Positions 9,808-18,498 of a stretch of 64,000 bases of DNA are shown piece by piece. The position numbers and the translations under genes are program-made. Under the pieces are notes generated by a model. That model was not told where the DNA came from. It worked only from the letters and a program-made list of their open reading frames with translations, and did not search any database. The DNA comes from Clostridiales bacterium. GTDB taxonomy: Bacteria; Bacillota; Clostridia; Oscillospirales; Oscillospiraceae. The stretch spans positions 24,726 to 88,725 of the forward strand of contig SFIY01000005.1 of assembly GCA_004555205.1 (NCBI GenBank), written 5' to 3'. How positions within the stretch are numbered: the first letter of the stretch is position 1; the number at the start of each line of letters is the position of its first letter.

Positions 9808-9833
9808 ACAGAGCCGCCTTTTGGCGGCCCTGT
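9808..9833 (-). terminator. Terminator after mtnA
   Basis: ACAGAGCCGCC-TTTT-GGCGGCCCTGT hairpin just below the mtnA stop (9840), with a U-rich tail on the minus strand. Confidence 0.65.
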
Positions 9834-9839
9834 CTGCTG

Positions 9840-10922
9840 TTATATCACCATTTCATAGGGGCCCAGATCGCTTTGGGCCAGATAGCGCTTCAGATCGTAG
9901 GGGGAATAGATGCCCAGATCCGTCACCACGCCGGAGATCAGGCCGGGCGGTGTCAGGTCGAAGGCGGGATAGTAGCCCTTTACCCCGTCGGCGGCGGTTT
10001 TCACGCCCATAGCCTGCAGCGTAAAGTTGGGATCGCGCCACTCGATGCGGACACTGTCCTTGGTGGGGTGCCCTGCGTCGGGCACGCCGGTGATGAACAC
10101 CGGAATACCCATGTACTTGGCGGCGATGGCGATCTGGAAGGTGCCCACCTTGTTGGCCACATAGCCGTCGCAGCAGATGGCGTCAGCCGCGCAGGTGAAT
10201 ACGTCCACTTTTTCCTGCTGCATCACATAGGCGGGCATATTATCGGTAATCACCGTCACATCAAAACCCATGTCACGGCAGACGGTGGCGGTAAGCCGTG
10301 CGCCCTGAAAGTAGGGGCGCGTTTCCGGGCAGAACAGGCGGATGTTCTTGCCGCGCTCACGACATTCTTTGAGCATTTGTCCCACGATGGTTTCGGCAAA
10401 GCACTGGGTCATGACCGTACCGTTGTCGGGGAACATATCCACCAGATACTTGGCGATCTGCCCCACCTTGTTATAGCGGCGGTTGTTGGCGGCCACGGTG
10501 TAATCGCGGATAGCCATCGCAATGTCGCCTTCCCCTGCCGCCAGGGCAGCTTTGGCCGCCTCCAGACAGCCGCCGGTGATGAGCTGCATCCGGCTGACGG
10601 TGGTGGGGCGGGCATGAGAGATGGTGTATGCCGCCCGTTCCAGATAGGCGATCTGCTCCGCCGCCGTTTTTTCACGGCACTCATAGGCGGCCAGCGCCAT
10701 ACCCATCGCCGCCGCCGTAAAGGGGCCTGTGGACTGGGTCACCATGTCCGTCAGCGCCTGCGCCACCTCGCCGTGGGTCTTGCAGGCAACAAATTCCACC
10801 TTACGGGGATAGACGCGCCTGTCAAGGATGCGTACTTCCCCTGCGTCATACCACGCCACATTTTCATATTGCAGCATAAAGGCCAAGCCCTTGTCAGCCC
10901 GTTCCATATCGTTTCCCCTCAT
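9840..10922 (-). CDS. mtnA: S-methyl-5-thioribose-1-phosphate isomerase (eIF-2B alpha/beta/delta family)
   Basis: 360 aa with eIF2B-like fold motifs (ILDRRVYP..., ...VITDNMPAYVM..., ADAICCDGYVANKVGT). ATGA start/stop overlap with the upstream deaminase gene. Confidence 0.8.
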   Translation of the reverse strand: MRGNDMERADKGLAFMLQYENVAWYDAGEVRILDRRVYPRKVEFVACKTHGEVAQALTDMVTQSTGPFTAAAMGMALAAYECREKTAAEQIAYLERAAYTISHARPTTVSRMQLITGGCLEAAKAALAAGEGDIAMAIRDYTVAANNRRYNKVGQIAKYLVDMFPDNGTVMTQCFAETIVGQMLKECRERGKNIRLFCPETRPYFQGARLTATVCRDMGFDVTVITDNMPAYVMQQEKVDVFTCAADAICCDGYVANKVGTFQIAIAAKYMGIPVFITGVPDAGHPTKDSVRIEWRDPNFTLQAMGVKTAADGVKGYYPAFDLTPPGLISGVVTDLGIYSPYDLKRYLAQSDLGPYEMVI

Positions 10923-12211
10923 TGATACAGTCTCTTTACAACCGCTTTGGCTTCCGCCATGATCTTCTCGCGGTCCAGCGTCAGATATGCGCCGTTTTCA
11001 TACAGAATCCTGCCGTCCACCATGGTCAGGCACACATCGCTGCCCTGCACGGCGTAGGTAACCAGACCTGCCGCATCCAAACAGGGGTACAGATGGGGTT
11101 TATCCATGTCAATGGCGATAATATCCGCCTTTTTGCCTGCTTCCAGCACCCCCGTGTCGTCCCGGCCCTGTGTCAGCGCACCGTTCCGGGTCGCCATTTG
11201 AAGCATCACGGCGGCAGGCAGGAGCGTAGCGTCGCAGCGATGGCCGTTATGAATCACGGAGGCCAGATGCAGCTCCTCCATCATGTTCAGATTGTTGTTG
11301 CTGGCTGTGCCATCCGTGCCCAGGGCCACGCGGATGCCCCGGGCCACCATATCGGGAACAGGCGCGAAGCCGCTGCCCAGCTTCATGTTGCTGGAGGGAT
11401 TGTGGACGGCTGTCACGCCCTTTTCCGCCATCAGCGCCATGTCACCCTCACTGACCCACACGCAGTGTGCCGCCGCGCAGGGCACATCGAATACGCCCAT
11501 CTTGTTGAACCATTCCGCCGGTGTCAGACCGCCGCGCCGCGCCTTGCACTCCTCATGCTCGGCGGCGGTTTCACTCATGTGAATGTGCATACGCAGGTGG
11601 TTATCCTTGGCAAAACCTGCCACACCCCGGGCCACATCCTCGCTGAGACAGGTATATTCACCGTGCAGGCAGGCGTCTACGCGGATACGGCCGCCGCCCT
11701 TTCCGTGCCAGTTCCTGTGCAGCCGTTCCATCTTGCGCGCATACTCGTTGTTGTCATAGCGGTCCGACGCATCAAAGGCCTGCACATGCTGACAGATATT
11801 GGCCTTCATCCCGCTGCGGCAAACGGTGTCCGCCAGCAGGTCGGAGCTGAAATACATATCGGAAAAGCCGGTGGTGCCGCAGGCAAGCATCTCCAGCATG
11901 GCAAGCTCGGCGCCCACGGCAATGTCCGCCTCCGTCATTTTTGCCTCCACAGGAAAGATCTCGTCAAACAGCCATTTCTGCAGCGGCAGGTCGGTACCCA
12001 CGCCGCGCAAAAGCGTCATGGAGGCATGGGTATGGCAGTTTACCAGACCCGGCAGCAGCAGCTTGCCGCTCATGTCCTTCTCACTGTCAAATTCACCTGC
12101 CGGACGCTTCGTGCCGACGGACTCGATCGTGTCGCCGTTAACGGCGATAAAGCCGCTGTCAATCACGCCCGCAGGCGCATAGATCATGGCATTTTTCAAA
12201 AGAAGACGCAT
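10919..12211 (-). CDS. mtaD: 5'-methylthioadenosine / S-adenosylhomocysteine deaminase (amidohydrolase)
   Basis: LLPGLVNCHTHASMTLLRG metal-binding HxH motif. 430 aa of the MtaD/SsnA-type amidohydrolase family. Confidence 0.75.
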   Translation of the reverse strand: MRLLLKNAMIYAPAGVIDSGFIAVNGDTIESVGTKRPAGEFDSEKDMSGKLLLPGLVNCHTHASMTLLRGVGTDLPLQKWLFDEIFPVEAKMTEADIAVGAELAMLEMLACGTTGFSDMYFSSDLLADTVCRSGMKANICQHVQAFDASDRYDNNEYARKMERLHRNWHGKGGGRIRVDACLHGEYTCLSEDVARGVAGFAKDNHLRMHIHMSETAAEHEECKARRGGLTPAEWFNKMGVFDVPCAAAHCVWVSEGDMALMAEKGVTAVHNPSSNMKLGSGFAPVPDMVARGIRVALGTDGTASNNNLNMMEELHLASVIHNGHRCDATLLPAAVMLQMATRNGALTQGRDDTGVLEAGKKADIIAIDMDKPHLYPCLDAAGLVTYAVQGSDVCLTMVDGRILYENGAYLTLDREKIMAEAKAVVKRLYQ

Positions 12212-12214
12212 CGT

Positions 12215-13036
12215 TCAGATCCTTTCTATCACACGCTTCAGGTAGGCGCTGAACCGATCTGCCACTACATGGCCCACCTCGTTCACTTCCTCATCGGTCA
12301 GCGGCTGGTCAAGGATACCCGCCGCCATGTTGGTGATCACGGAGAATGCCAGGCAGGGCAAGCCGCAGTGTGCCGCCGTCAATGCCTCGGTCACGGTGGA
12401 CATGCCCACCGCATCGCCGCCCAGCAGACGGATCGCGCGAATTTCGGCCGGTGTTTCAAACTGCGGGCCGGGCATGAAGAAATAGCAGCCCTCATGGACC
12501 GTCAAACCGCTGCCCTCGGCACATTCCCTTGCCAGTTGACGCAGCGCCGGCGTATACATCTGCTGCACATCGAAAAACCGCGGGCCGAACGCCTCCACAT
12601 TGGGTCCGCGCAGGGGTGATGCGCCGTTGAATTTGATCTGATCGTTAATAATCATCACATCCCCCGGTTTATAGCCAAGGTTCACACCGCCTGCCGCGTT
12701 GGTCAGGACCGCCGCGCGGCAGCCCAGCAGCTTAAACAGTCGGATCGGCGCGGTGAGCTGTTCAAAATCGTATCCCTCGTAGGAATGGAATCGGCCGGAC
12801 ATGCATACCACTCTCTTCCCTGCAAGCATGCCGCAAATCAGCTTGCCGGCATGGGTACTGACAGTGGAGCGCAGGAAATGCGGTATTTCCTCATAAGGGA
12901 TCACGATGGGGTTTTCGATCTGCTCCGCCAAGGGGCCGCAGCCCGAGCCGAGAATCATGCCGATCTCCGGATCAAACCCGATTTTTTCGCGCACATAGTC
13001 CGCGCTGACCTTAAAATATTCATATGTGTATGCCAT
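12215..13036 (-). CDS. Purine nucleoside phosphorylase, PNP-I/PunA family (possibly methylthioinosine phosphorylase)
   Basis: GIILGSG-type start (MILGSGCGPLAEQI), STVSTHAGKL, and GMSTVTEALTAAHCG, the trimeric PNP signature. Confidence 0.8.
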   Translation of the reverse strand: MAYTYEYFKVSADYVREKIGFDPEIGMILGSGCGPLAEQIENPIVIPYEEIPHFLRSTVSTHAGKLICGMLAGKRVVCMSGRFHSYEGYDFEQLTAPIRLFKLLGCRAAVLTNAAGGVNLGYKPGDVMIINDQIKFNGASPLRGPNVEAFGPRFFDVQQMYTPALRQLARECAEGSGLTVHEGCYFFMPGPQFETPAEIRAIRLLGGDAVGMSTVTEALTAAHCGLPCLAFSVITNMAAGILDQPLTDEEVNEVGHVVADRFSAYLKRVIERI

Positions 13037-13065
13037 ACGCTTCTCCCTTCACTTTTTATATATTG

Positions 13066-13094
13066 ATTGTAGCATATTGGTTAAACTGTGTCAA
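13066..13094 (-). promoter_or_regulatory. Consensus promoter for the PNP-mtaD-mtnA operon
   Basis: Minus strand: TTGACA (13089-13094), 17 nt, TACAAT (13066-13071). The short leader leaves no room for a riboswitch. Confidence 0.65.
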
Positions 13095-13163
13095 TTTACC
13101 GTCTTTTGGCACTTTTACCTATGAAAAACAAACTCTTCTTTATTTTTTTCTGTATACTGGGTC

Positions 13164-13191
13164 TTGCTTTTTTTGTTTTTCATGATACAAT
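13164..13191 (+). promoter_or_regulatory. Extended -10 promoter for the ferredoxin gene
   Basis: TTGCTT (13164-13169), 16 nt, TGaTACAAT with the -10 at 13186-13191. Confidence 0.5.
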
Positions 13192-13221
13192 GATTGTACA
13201 AATCTTAATGGAGGTGCTCAC

Positions 13222-13395
13222 ATGGCTTATCAGATCAGTTCTGCTTGCGTCAGCTGCGGCGCTTGCGCAGATGTTTGCCCCGTCGGTGCTATTTCCCAGG
13301 GCGACGCTTCTTACGTGATTGATGCTAATGCTTGCCTGGACTGCGGTTCTTGCAGCGATACCTGCCCCAACGGCGCTATCAATCCCGCTGACTAA
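13222..13395 (+). CDS. fdx: 2x[4Fe-4S] clostridial-type ferredoxin, 57 aa
   Basis: Below the track size cut-off. Hand translation: MAYQISSACVSCGACADVCPVGAISQGDASYVIDANACLDCGSCSDTCPNGAINPAD, with two CxxCxxCxxxCP clusters. SD GGAGGTG lies upstream and a terminator follows. Confidence 0.9.
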   Translation: MAYQISSACVSCGACADVCPVGAISQGDASYVIDANACLDCGSCSDTCPNGAINPAD

Positions 13396-13413
13396 TTACA
13401 TAGCGAGCTAAAA

Positions 13414-13442
13414 ATGCCGGACGGTATGTCCGGCATTTTTCC
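13414..13442 (+). terminator. Terminator after ferredoxin
   Basis: ATGCCGGAC-GGTA-TGTCCGGCAT hairpin followed by TTTTT. Confidence 0.8.
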
Positions 13443-13513
13443 TTCTCTTGCACATGGGGCGGATTTATATTACAATGGTACAATGGTGTAAAACGGCGAA
13501 AGGAGCATACGGC

Positions 13514-14236
13514 ATGGAACGCATGGATCAACTGTGGCCCGGCGGCTATCGGTTTTACTTCGATGACACGCTCTTTCAGCCCTCCACGGATTCTTTCCTG
13601 CTGGGCGCCTTTCCCAAGCTGCGCCGCGGTGATCGCGTGTGTGATTTAGGCGCCGGTACCGGTCTGTTGGGGCTGCTGCTTTTGGCGCGGGAACCGTCGC
13701 TTCATGTCACCAATGTGGAGCGGCAGGCCGCCTCTCACGCACTCTCCGTCCGTAACGCCGCCTTGAACGGTCTGGACAGGCAGGTCACCTGTCTCCACGG
13801 GGATCTGCGCGACAAGGCACAGCTTCCCACCGCAGGGTCTTTCGATCTGGTCGTATCCAATCCCCCCTATTTCCCCGCCGGCTGCGGTTTGGTGTCCCCA
13901 CAGGCATCGCGCCGTGATGCCCGCTCTGAGGTCACCTGCACATTGGGGGATGTTTGCGCGGCCGCCGCGCGGCTTTTGCGGTATGGCGGCCGCTTTGCGG
14001 TGGTCTTTCGCCCTGATCGGCTGGTGGATCTGACGGACACGCTGCGCCAAAGCCGCTTGGAGCCGAAGCGTCTGCGTTTTGTGCAGCACACCGCGGCCGA
14101 CGCTCCGTCGCTTCTGCTGCTGGAGGCCAGAAAAGGCGGCCGTCCCGGTTTGACCGTAGAGCCGCCGCTGCTGCATTATACGGACGGCGCGGAGAGTGCG
14201 GAATGGCAGCGCATGTATTTTCGAGATAAGGAGTAA
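13514..14236 (+). CDS. tRNA (adenine-N6)-methyltransferase, YabB/TrmN6-like (NPPY motif)
   Basis: VCDLGAGTGLLGLLL SAM motif and VVSNPPYF catalytic motif. Start at the MERMDQL ATG with AAAGGAG upstream. Conserved neighbour of rsmI. Confidence 0.75.
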   Translation: MERMDQLWPGGYRFYFDDTLFQPSTDSFLLGAFPKLRRGDRVCDLGAGTGLLGLLLLAREPSLHVTNVERQAASHALSVRNAALNGLDRQVTCLHGDLRDKAQLPTAGSFDLVVSNPPYFPAGCGLVSPQASRRDARSEVTCTLGDVCAAAARLLRYGGRFAVVFRPDRLVDLTDTLRQSRLEPKRLRFVQHTAADAPSLLLLEARKGGRPGLTVEPPLLHYTDGAESAEWQRMYFRDKE

Positions 14237-14241
14237 ACCCC

Positions 14242-15069
14242 ATGGCCGGAACATTATATCTGGTGGCGACCCCCATCGGCAATCTGGGCGATTTTTCGCC
14301 CCGCGCGGTGGAAACGCTGCAAAACGCGGACTTTATTGCCGCCGAGGACACCCGTGTGTCCATGAAATTGTTGCATCATTTTTCCATCAAAAAACCGCTT
14401 GTCAGTTATCACGAGCATAACCGCGCCGCGGCCGGACAGGCCATTTTAGAGCGTATACTGGGCGGTGAAACCTGCGCCCTTGTCACCGATGCCGGCACGC
14501 CTGCTATCAGCGATCCCGGCGAAGAGCTGGTGCGGCTGTGTGCCGACAACGGCGTAGAGGTGCAGAGCATCCCCGGCTGCTGTGCCTGCATCACGGCGCT
14601 GGCAGTATCGGGTCTCCCCACCCGCCGCTTTGCCTTTGAGGGGTTTCTCTCCGCCAACCGCACCGAGCGCAAAGAACAACTGCAGAATCTGCGCAGCGAA
14701 GAGCGCACCATGGTCTTTCACGAGGCGCCTCATAAGCTGCGCGCCACCTTGTCGGATATGCTGGCCGTTCTGGGTGACCGTCCTATCGCTCTGTGCCGCG
14801 AGCTGACCAAGCTGCACGAGCAAACGCTGCGCATGACGCTGTCGGCCGCCGTGGACTACTATAACGCCAACGAGCCGCGAGGGGAATATGTGCTGGTGGT
14901 ATCGGGCCGCGAAAAGCGCACCGGCCCCGCCGTCACCTTGGAAGAAGGCGTAGCCATGGTGCTGCAGCGCAAGGCGGAAGGCCTGCGCATGAAAGACGCC
15001 GTCCGTCAGGTGGCAGACGACACCGGTCTGAACCGCAACGAGCTGTATGATGCCGTCTTACACGCATAA
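14242..15069 (+). CDS. rsmI: 16S rRNA (cytidine1402-2'-O)-methyltransferase
   Basis: GTLYLVATPIGNLGDFSPRAVETL...IAAEDTR is the tetrapyrrole-methylase-like RsmI signature. Confidence 0.9.
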   Translation: MAGTLYLVATPIGNLGDFSPRAVETLQNADFIAAEDTRVSMKLLHHFSIKKPLVSYHEHNRAAAGQAILERILGGETCALVTDAGTPAISDPGEELVRLCADNGVEVQSIPGCCACITALAVSGLPTRRFAFEGFLSANRTERKEQLQNLRSEERTMVFHEAPHKLRATLSDMLAVLGDRPIALCRELTKLHEQTLRMTLSAAVDYYNANEPRGEYVLVVSGREKRTGPAVTLEEGVAMVLQRKAEGLRMKDAVRQVADDTGLNRNELYDAVLHA

Positions 15070-15117
15070 CTGAAAAGGAGAAGCACTTCGCTTTTGCCAA
15101 GTGCTTCTCCTTTTCAG
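15070..15117. terminator. Bidirectional terminator (19-bp stem) between rsmI and abrB-like gene
   Basis: CTGAAAAGGAGAAGCACTT (15070-15088) pairs perfectly with AAGTGCTTCTCCTTTTCAG (15099-15117). Confidence 0.85.
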
Positions 15118-15363
15118 TTAGAGTACGTTCTTCAGCTCACGGATGCATTTTACGCAGACATTCTTTCCTTTGAAGTCACGCACATCCTTGCTGCTGTCGC
15201 AAAACATACAGTTCGGACGGTACTTCTTCAAAATAACGGAAGAACCTTCCACATAGATCTCGAGCGCATCCTTTTCGGCAATGTCCAGTGTGCGGCGTAA
15301 CTCAATGGGCAATACGATCCGCCCCAGTTCATCCACCTTTCTTACAATACCGGTCGATTTCAC
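15118..15363 (-). CDS. abrB: AbrB/SpoVT-family transition-state regulator with a C-terminal Cys4 tail
   Basis: GTG start at 15363 with AGGAGAA upstream. VKSTGIVRKVDELGRIVLPIELRRTL is the SpoVT-AbrB swapped-hairpin domain. C-terminus reads CMFCDSS...CVKC. Confidence 0.8.
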   Translation of the reverse strand: MKSTGIVRKVDELGRIVLPIELRRTLDIAEKDALEIYVEGSSVILKKYRPNCMFCDSSKDVRDFKGKNVCVKCIRELKNVL

Positions 15364-15536
15364 GCAATTTTCTCCTGTTTTCCCCAATATTCGGAAATTT
15401 CTCCCCTTACCCCGATGGGTTACTATAATTATGATACATCTTATGTAAAAAGTCAACAATATTCCGACAATTTATTCCATTTATTCCATAAATAATGAAC
15501 CCTCTTTACCGCATATACATACGCAGAGGTGATTAT

Positions 15537-16115
15537 ATGGCAATGGCATGGGTTTGGACAGGGATGGCGGCCCTTTCGCTGCTGTTTGGTATAGGAAGCG
15601 GCCATATCGGGCAGGTGGGTACGGCTGCGTTGGACGGTGCTGCCGCTGCGGTGGAATTGTGTCTGTCTATGGCAGGCGTTATCTGCCTGTGGACAGGAGT
15701 GATGGAGATTATGAATCGCTGTGGGCTGTCCGCACTTCTGGCGCGTTTGTTCCGCCCGATCCTCCACCGTCTGCTGCCTCAAAGCAGCAAGGACGAGATC
15801 ACGCTCAGCGCCGTATCGGCCAACATTTCCGCCAATCTCTTAGGGCTTGGCAACGCCGCTACACCGCTGGGTATCCGGGCCGCACGGCGCATGGCTCTCG
15901 GTGCCGAAGGCACCGCCAGCGATGAGCTGTGTCTGCTGGTGGTGCTGAACACCGCCTCCATCCAACTGCTGCCCACCACGATTGCCGGTGTCCGTGCGGC
16001 GCATGGCTGCCGCACCCCCTTTGACATTCTGCCCGCCGTGTGGTTTTCTTCCGTTCTTTCGGTGGCGGCCGGACTGCTCATGGCGAAATTACTATCCAAA
16101 CTCTGGAGGAACTGA
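15537..16115 (+). CDS. spmA: Spore maturation protein A (nucleoside-recognition membrane domain)
   Basis: MAMAWVWTGMAALSLLFG...AGVICLWTGVMEIM typical SpmA sequence. ATG at 15537 with GAGGTG upstream. Confidence 0.8.
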   Translation: MAMAWVWTGMAALSLLFGIGSGHIGQVGTAALDGAAAAVELCLSMAGVICLWTGVMEIMNRCGLSALLARLFRPILHRLLPQSSKDEITLSAVSANISANLLGLGNAATPLGIRAARRMALGAEGTASDELCLLVVLNTASIQLLPTTIAGVRAAHGCRTPFDILPAVWFSSVLSVAAGLLMAKLLSKLWRN

Positions 16116-16116
16116 C

Positions 16117-16638
16117 GTGGATATTTCTTCTTTCGTTGTACCCGTTCTGCTGGCAGGCACGGCACTTTTCGCCCTGTCGCGCAAGGTGGATGTGTACAGT
16201 GCCCTCACCGCCGGTGCAGGCGAGGGTCTGAGTGTGATGGTGAAGATCTTCCCTGCTCTTGTGGCATTGCTCTCAGCGGTGTATATGTTCCGTGCCTCCG
16301 GCGCCATGGACTTTCTCACCCGGCTGCTTGCCCCGGCTCTTGAAAAGCTGGGCATCCCGCCGGAGACCGCCGCCATTTTGCTCATCCGTCCCCTCAGCGG
16401 CAGCGGCGCCCTGGCGGTGGGCAGCGAATTAATGGCGCAATACGGTGCAGATTCCTATATCGGACGCACGGCGGCGGTCATGCTGGGCTGTACGGAAACC
16501 ACCTTTTATACCATCGCCGTCTATTTCGGCGCCGCCGGCATCCACCGCACACGCTATACTATCCCCGCTGCATTAACCGCCGACATTACCGGTTTTGTCG
16601 CTGCCGCCCTGGCGGTCCGTCTGTTTTTCGGCACATAA
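16117..16638 (+). CDS. spmB: Spore maturation protein B
   Basis: GTG at 16117, one nt after the spmA stop, with GGAGGA upstream. Membrane protein; the spmA-spmB pairing is conserved. Confidence 0.75.
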   Translation: MDISSFVVPVLLAGTALFALSRKVDVYSALTAGAGEGLSVMVKIFPALVALLSAVYMFRASGAMDFLTRLLAPALEKLGIPPETAAILLIRPLSGSGALAVGSELMAQYGADSYIGRTAAVMLGCTETTFYTIAVYFGAAGIHRTRYTIPAALTADITGFVAAALAVRLFFGT

Positions 16639-16668
16639 AAAACGGCTGTCCGCAGACAGCCGTTTTTT
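16637..16668. terminator. Bidirectional terminator
   Basis: AAAAAACGGCTGTC-CGCA-GACAGCCGTTTTTT. Confidence 0.85.
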
Positions 16669-17077
16669 ATTCCATATCCACGCTGATGTTGTCCGTTCCG
16701 TGACGCTCAAATTCACCCAGATACACATTCATGCGCTCCATCACCTCGTCGTAATTCTCCGCTGTGATGGGAGGATCGTCCATGTCTCTGAGCGCCAGCT
16801 CCTGGGCCAGGATCTCAAAAAAGGTGGCGTCCTCATACGCCATGATCGCCTCATGAATCCCACCCTCGGCAAAGGCCCGGGAAGGGATCAGCTCACCCTC
16901 ATACAGCTCCGTCAGCGGCGCCATGCCGTGTCTCAGGCAGTTGGCAAACACCAGGCTTTCCACTTCGTCATACTGCCGGATGCGGTCGTCGCCCCGTGCG
17001 GAGTTCAGCACCCAGTTCCCGATGTATACCAGATCCAGCAAACGCCGGAACTGTTTTTCCGTCATTTTAATCTCCAT
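16667..17077 (-). CDS. Hypothetical acidic cytoplasmic protein, 136 aa
   Basis: Clean ORF bounded by a terminator and a promoter region. No family recognised. Confidence 0.5.
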   Translation of the reverse strand: MEIKMTEKQFRRLLDLVYIGNWVLNSARGDDRIRQYDEVESLVFANCLRHGMAPLTELYEGELIPSRAFAEGGIHEAIMAYEDATFFEILAQELALRDMDDPPITAENYDEVMERMNVYLGEFERHGTDNISVDME

Positions 17078-17232
17078 AAGCCACCTCCGTGGGTCGTGAT
17101 TTTCCTATTTGTTCCCATTATAGCAAAGCAGATTATAAAATACCACTGAAAAAAGTGCTCATTTTATCTAAATTTTGGCTTGTTAAGCGGGGGCATCCAT
17201 AGTACAATAGTTAAGTTAAAGGAGAATATGCC

Positions 17233-18045
17233 ATGGATAACAGACCTATCGGGGTGTTTGACTCCGGGCTGGGCGGATTGACTGCCGTGCGCCAGATGCG
17301 GAGCATTCTCCCCTCTGAAAACATTATATACTTCGGTGACACGTCCCGTGTCCCTTATGGCGGCCGCTCGCAGGAAATTCTGCTCAAGTACGGCCGGCAG
17401 GATGTGCGTTTTCTGCGCTCGTTTGATATCAAAGCGATTGTTGTCGCCTGCGGCACCGTGTCTACGACGGCCCTGCCCACGCTGCGAGCAGAAAATGACC
17501 TGCCGATTCTGGGGGTGGTGGAGCCTGCCTGCCGCCGCGCGGTAGGGCAGACGCGCAATAAGCGCGTCGGTCTGATTGCCACCGCCGCCTCTGTCCGCTC
17601 CGGCTCTTATGAGCGTACCATCCATGCGCTGGACGAGGGTGTGGAGGTCATCAGCAAGGCCTGCCCTCTGTTCGTTCCCCTGGTGGAGAACGGGCGCTAT
17701 CAGGTGGGCGACAGCGTGATCGAAACCGTAGCGCGTGAGTATCTGGTGCCTCTGCGCGACACCGGCATCGACACGCTGATTTTGGGCTGTACCCACTATC
17801 CCCTGCTTACGGAGATCATCGGCCGCATCATGGGTCCGGATGTAATGCTGATCGATACCGGCGAGGAAGCCGCGTGGGAGCTGAAGCGTACACTGACGGC
17901 ACAGGATATGCTGGCGGAGGAGCGCATGGGAGAGGCCACCTTCTATGCCAGTGACCAACCCAGTGATTTCGGCGCTTTGGCAAGCTGTTTTTTGCGTGAG
18001 CCGATGGAAAAGGCCGTCCTGCCGGTGGATATTGAGACCTATTGA
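17233..18045 (+). CDS. murI: Glutamate racemase
   Basis: IGVFDSGLGGLT and ACGTVS / LGCTHYP catalytic Cys motifs. Confidence 0.95.
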   Translation: MDNRPIGVFDSGLGGLTAVRQMRSILPSENIIYFGDTSRVPYGGRSQEILLKYGRQDVRFLRSFDIKAIVVACGTVSTTALPTLRAENDLPILGVVEPACRRAVGQTRNKRVGLIATAASVRSGSYERTIHALDEGVEVISKACPLFVPLVENGRYQVGDSVIETVAREYLVPLRDTGIDTLILGCTHYPLLTEIIGRIMGPDVMLIDTGEEAAWELKRTLTAQDMLAEERMGEATFYASDQPSDFGALASCFLREPMEKAVLPVDIETY

Positions 18046-18053
18046 GGTATGCG

Positions 18054-18485
18054 ATGGACGGATATGTAAAAGTGGCAGTCACCAGCCGCAGCACCTTCGG
18101 CGGCGTGGACGATGTGCTGCGCTTTCTGGGCGACGGCACCGTTGCACGCACGGATTACGGCTGGCATCTGCATTATGAGGCGAAAAACACGGAGGATGGC
18201 AGCGCAGTTGCCTCGGATGTGAAAATCGAAACGAAAAACGGACGCGCCGTACTGATCAGCGAGGCCGACGCCGGCGGTTACGGGCTGCTGCTTGACCCCA
18301 AACGGCCGACGGCCATGCAGATTCCGGCGGACACCGGCGCGCTGACGCTGCAGGTGGTGACGAAGAAAGTCGCCTTCGATCTGGGCCGCAAAAAAAGCGG
18401 CGCGATCACATTGGAATATACGCTTTTGATGGGAAATCAGCCGGTATCGGCGCTGCGCGTTCACATTGAATTGACGAAAGAATAA
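18054..18485 (+). CDS. DUF1934 (YwiB-like) beta-barrel protein
   Basis: About 143 aa, immediately upstream of argS as in the Bacillus ywiB-argS arrangement. ATG at 18054 preferred over TTG at 18042. Confidence 0.6.
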   Translation: MDGYVKVAVTSRSTFGGVDDVLRFLGDGTVARTDYGWHLHYEAKNTEDGSAVASDVKIETKNGRAVLISEADAGGYGLLLDPKRPTAMQIPADTGALTLQVVTKKVAFDLGRKKSGAITLEYTLLMGNQPVSALRVHIELTKE

Positions 18486-18498
18486 GGAGAACACAACC

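Noticed and set aside
13088-13318. 76-aa ORF MSIYRLLALLPMKNKLFFIFF... as a small membrane protein.
   Set aside because: It overlaps the ferredoxin gene in another frame. Its upstream part is the promoter region, and the ferredoxin frame has an SD, Fe-S motifs and a terminator.
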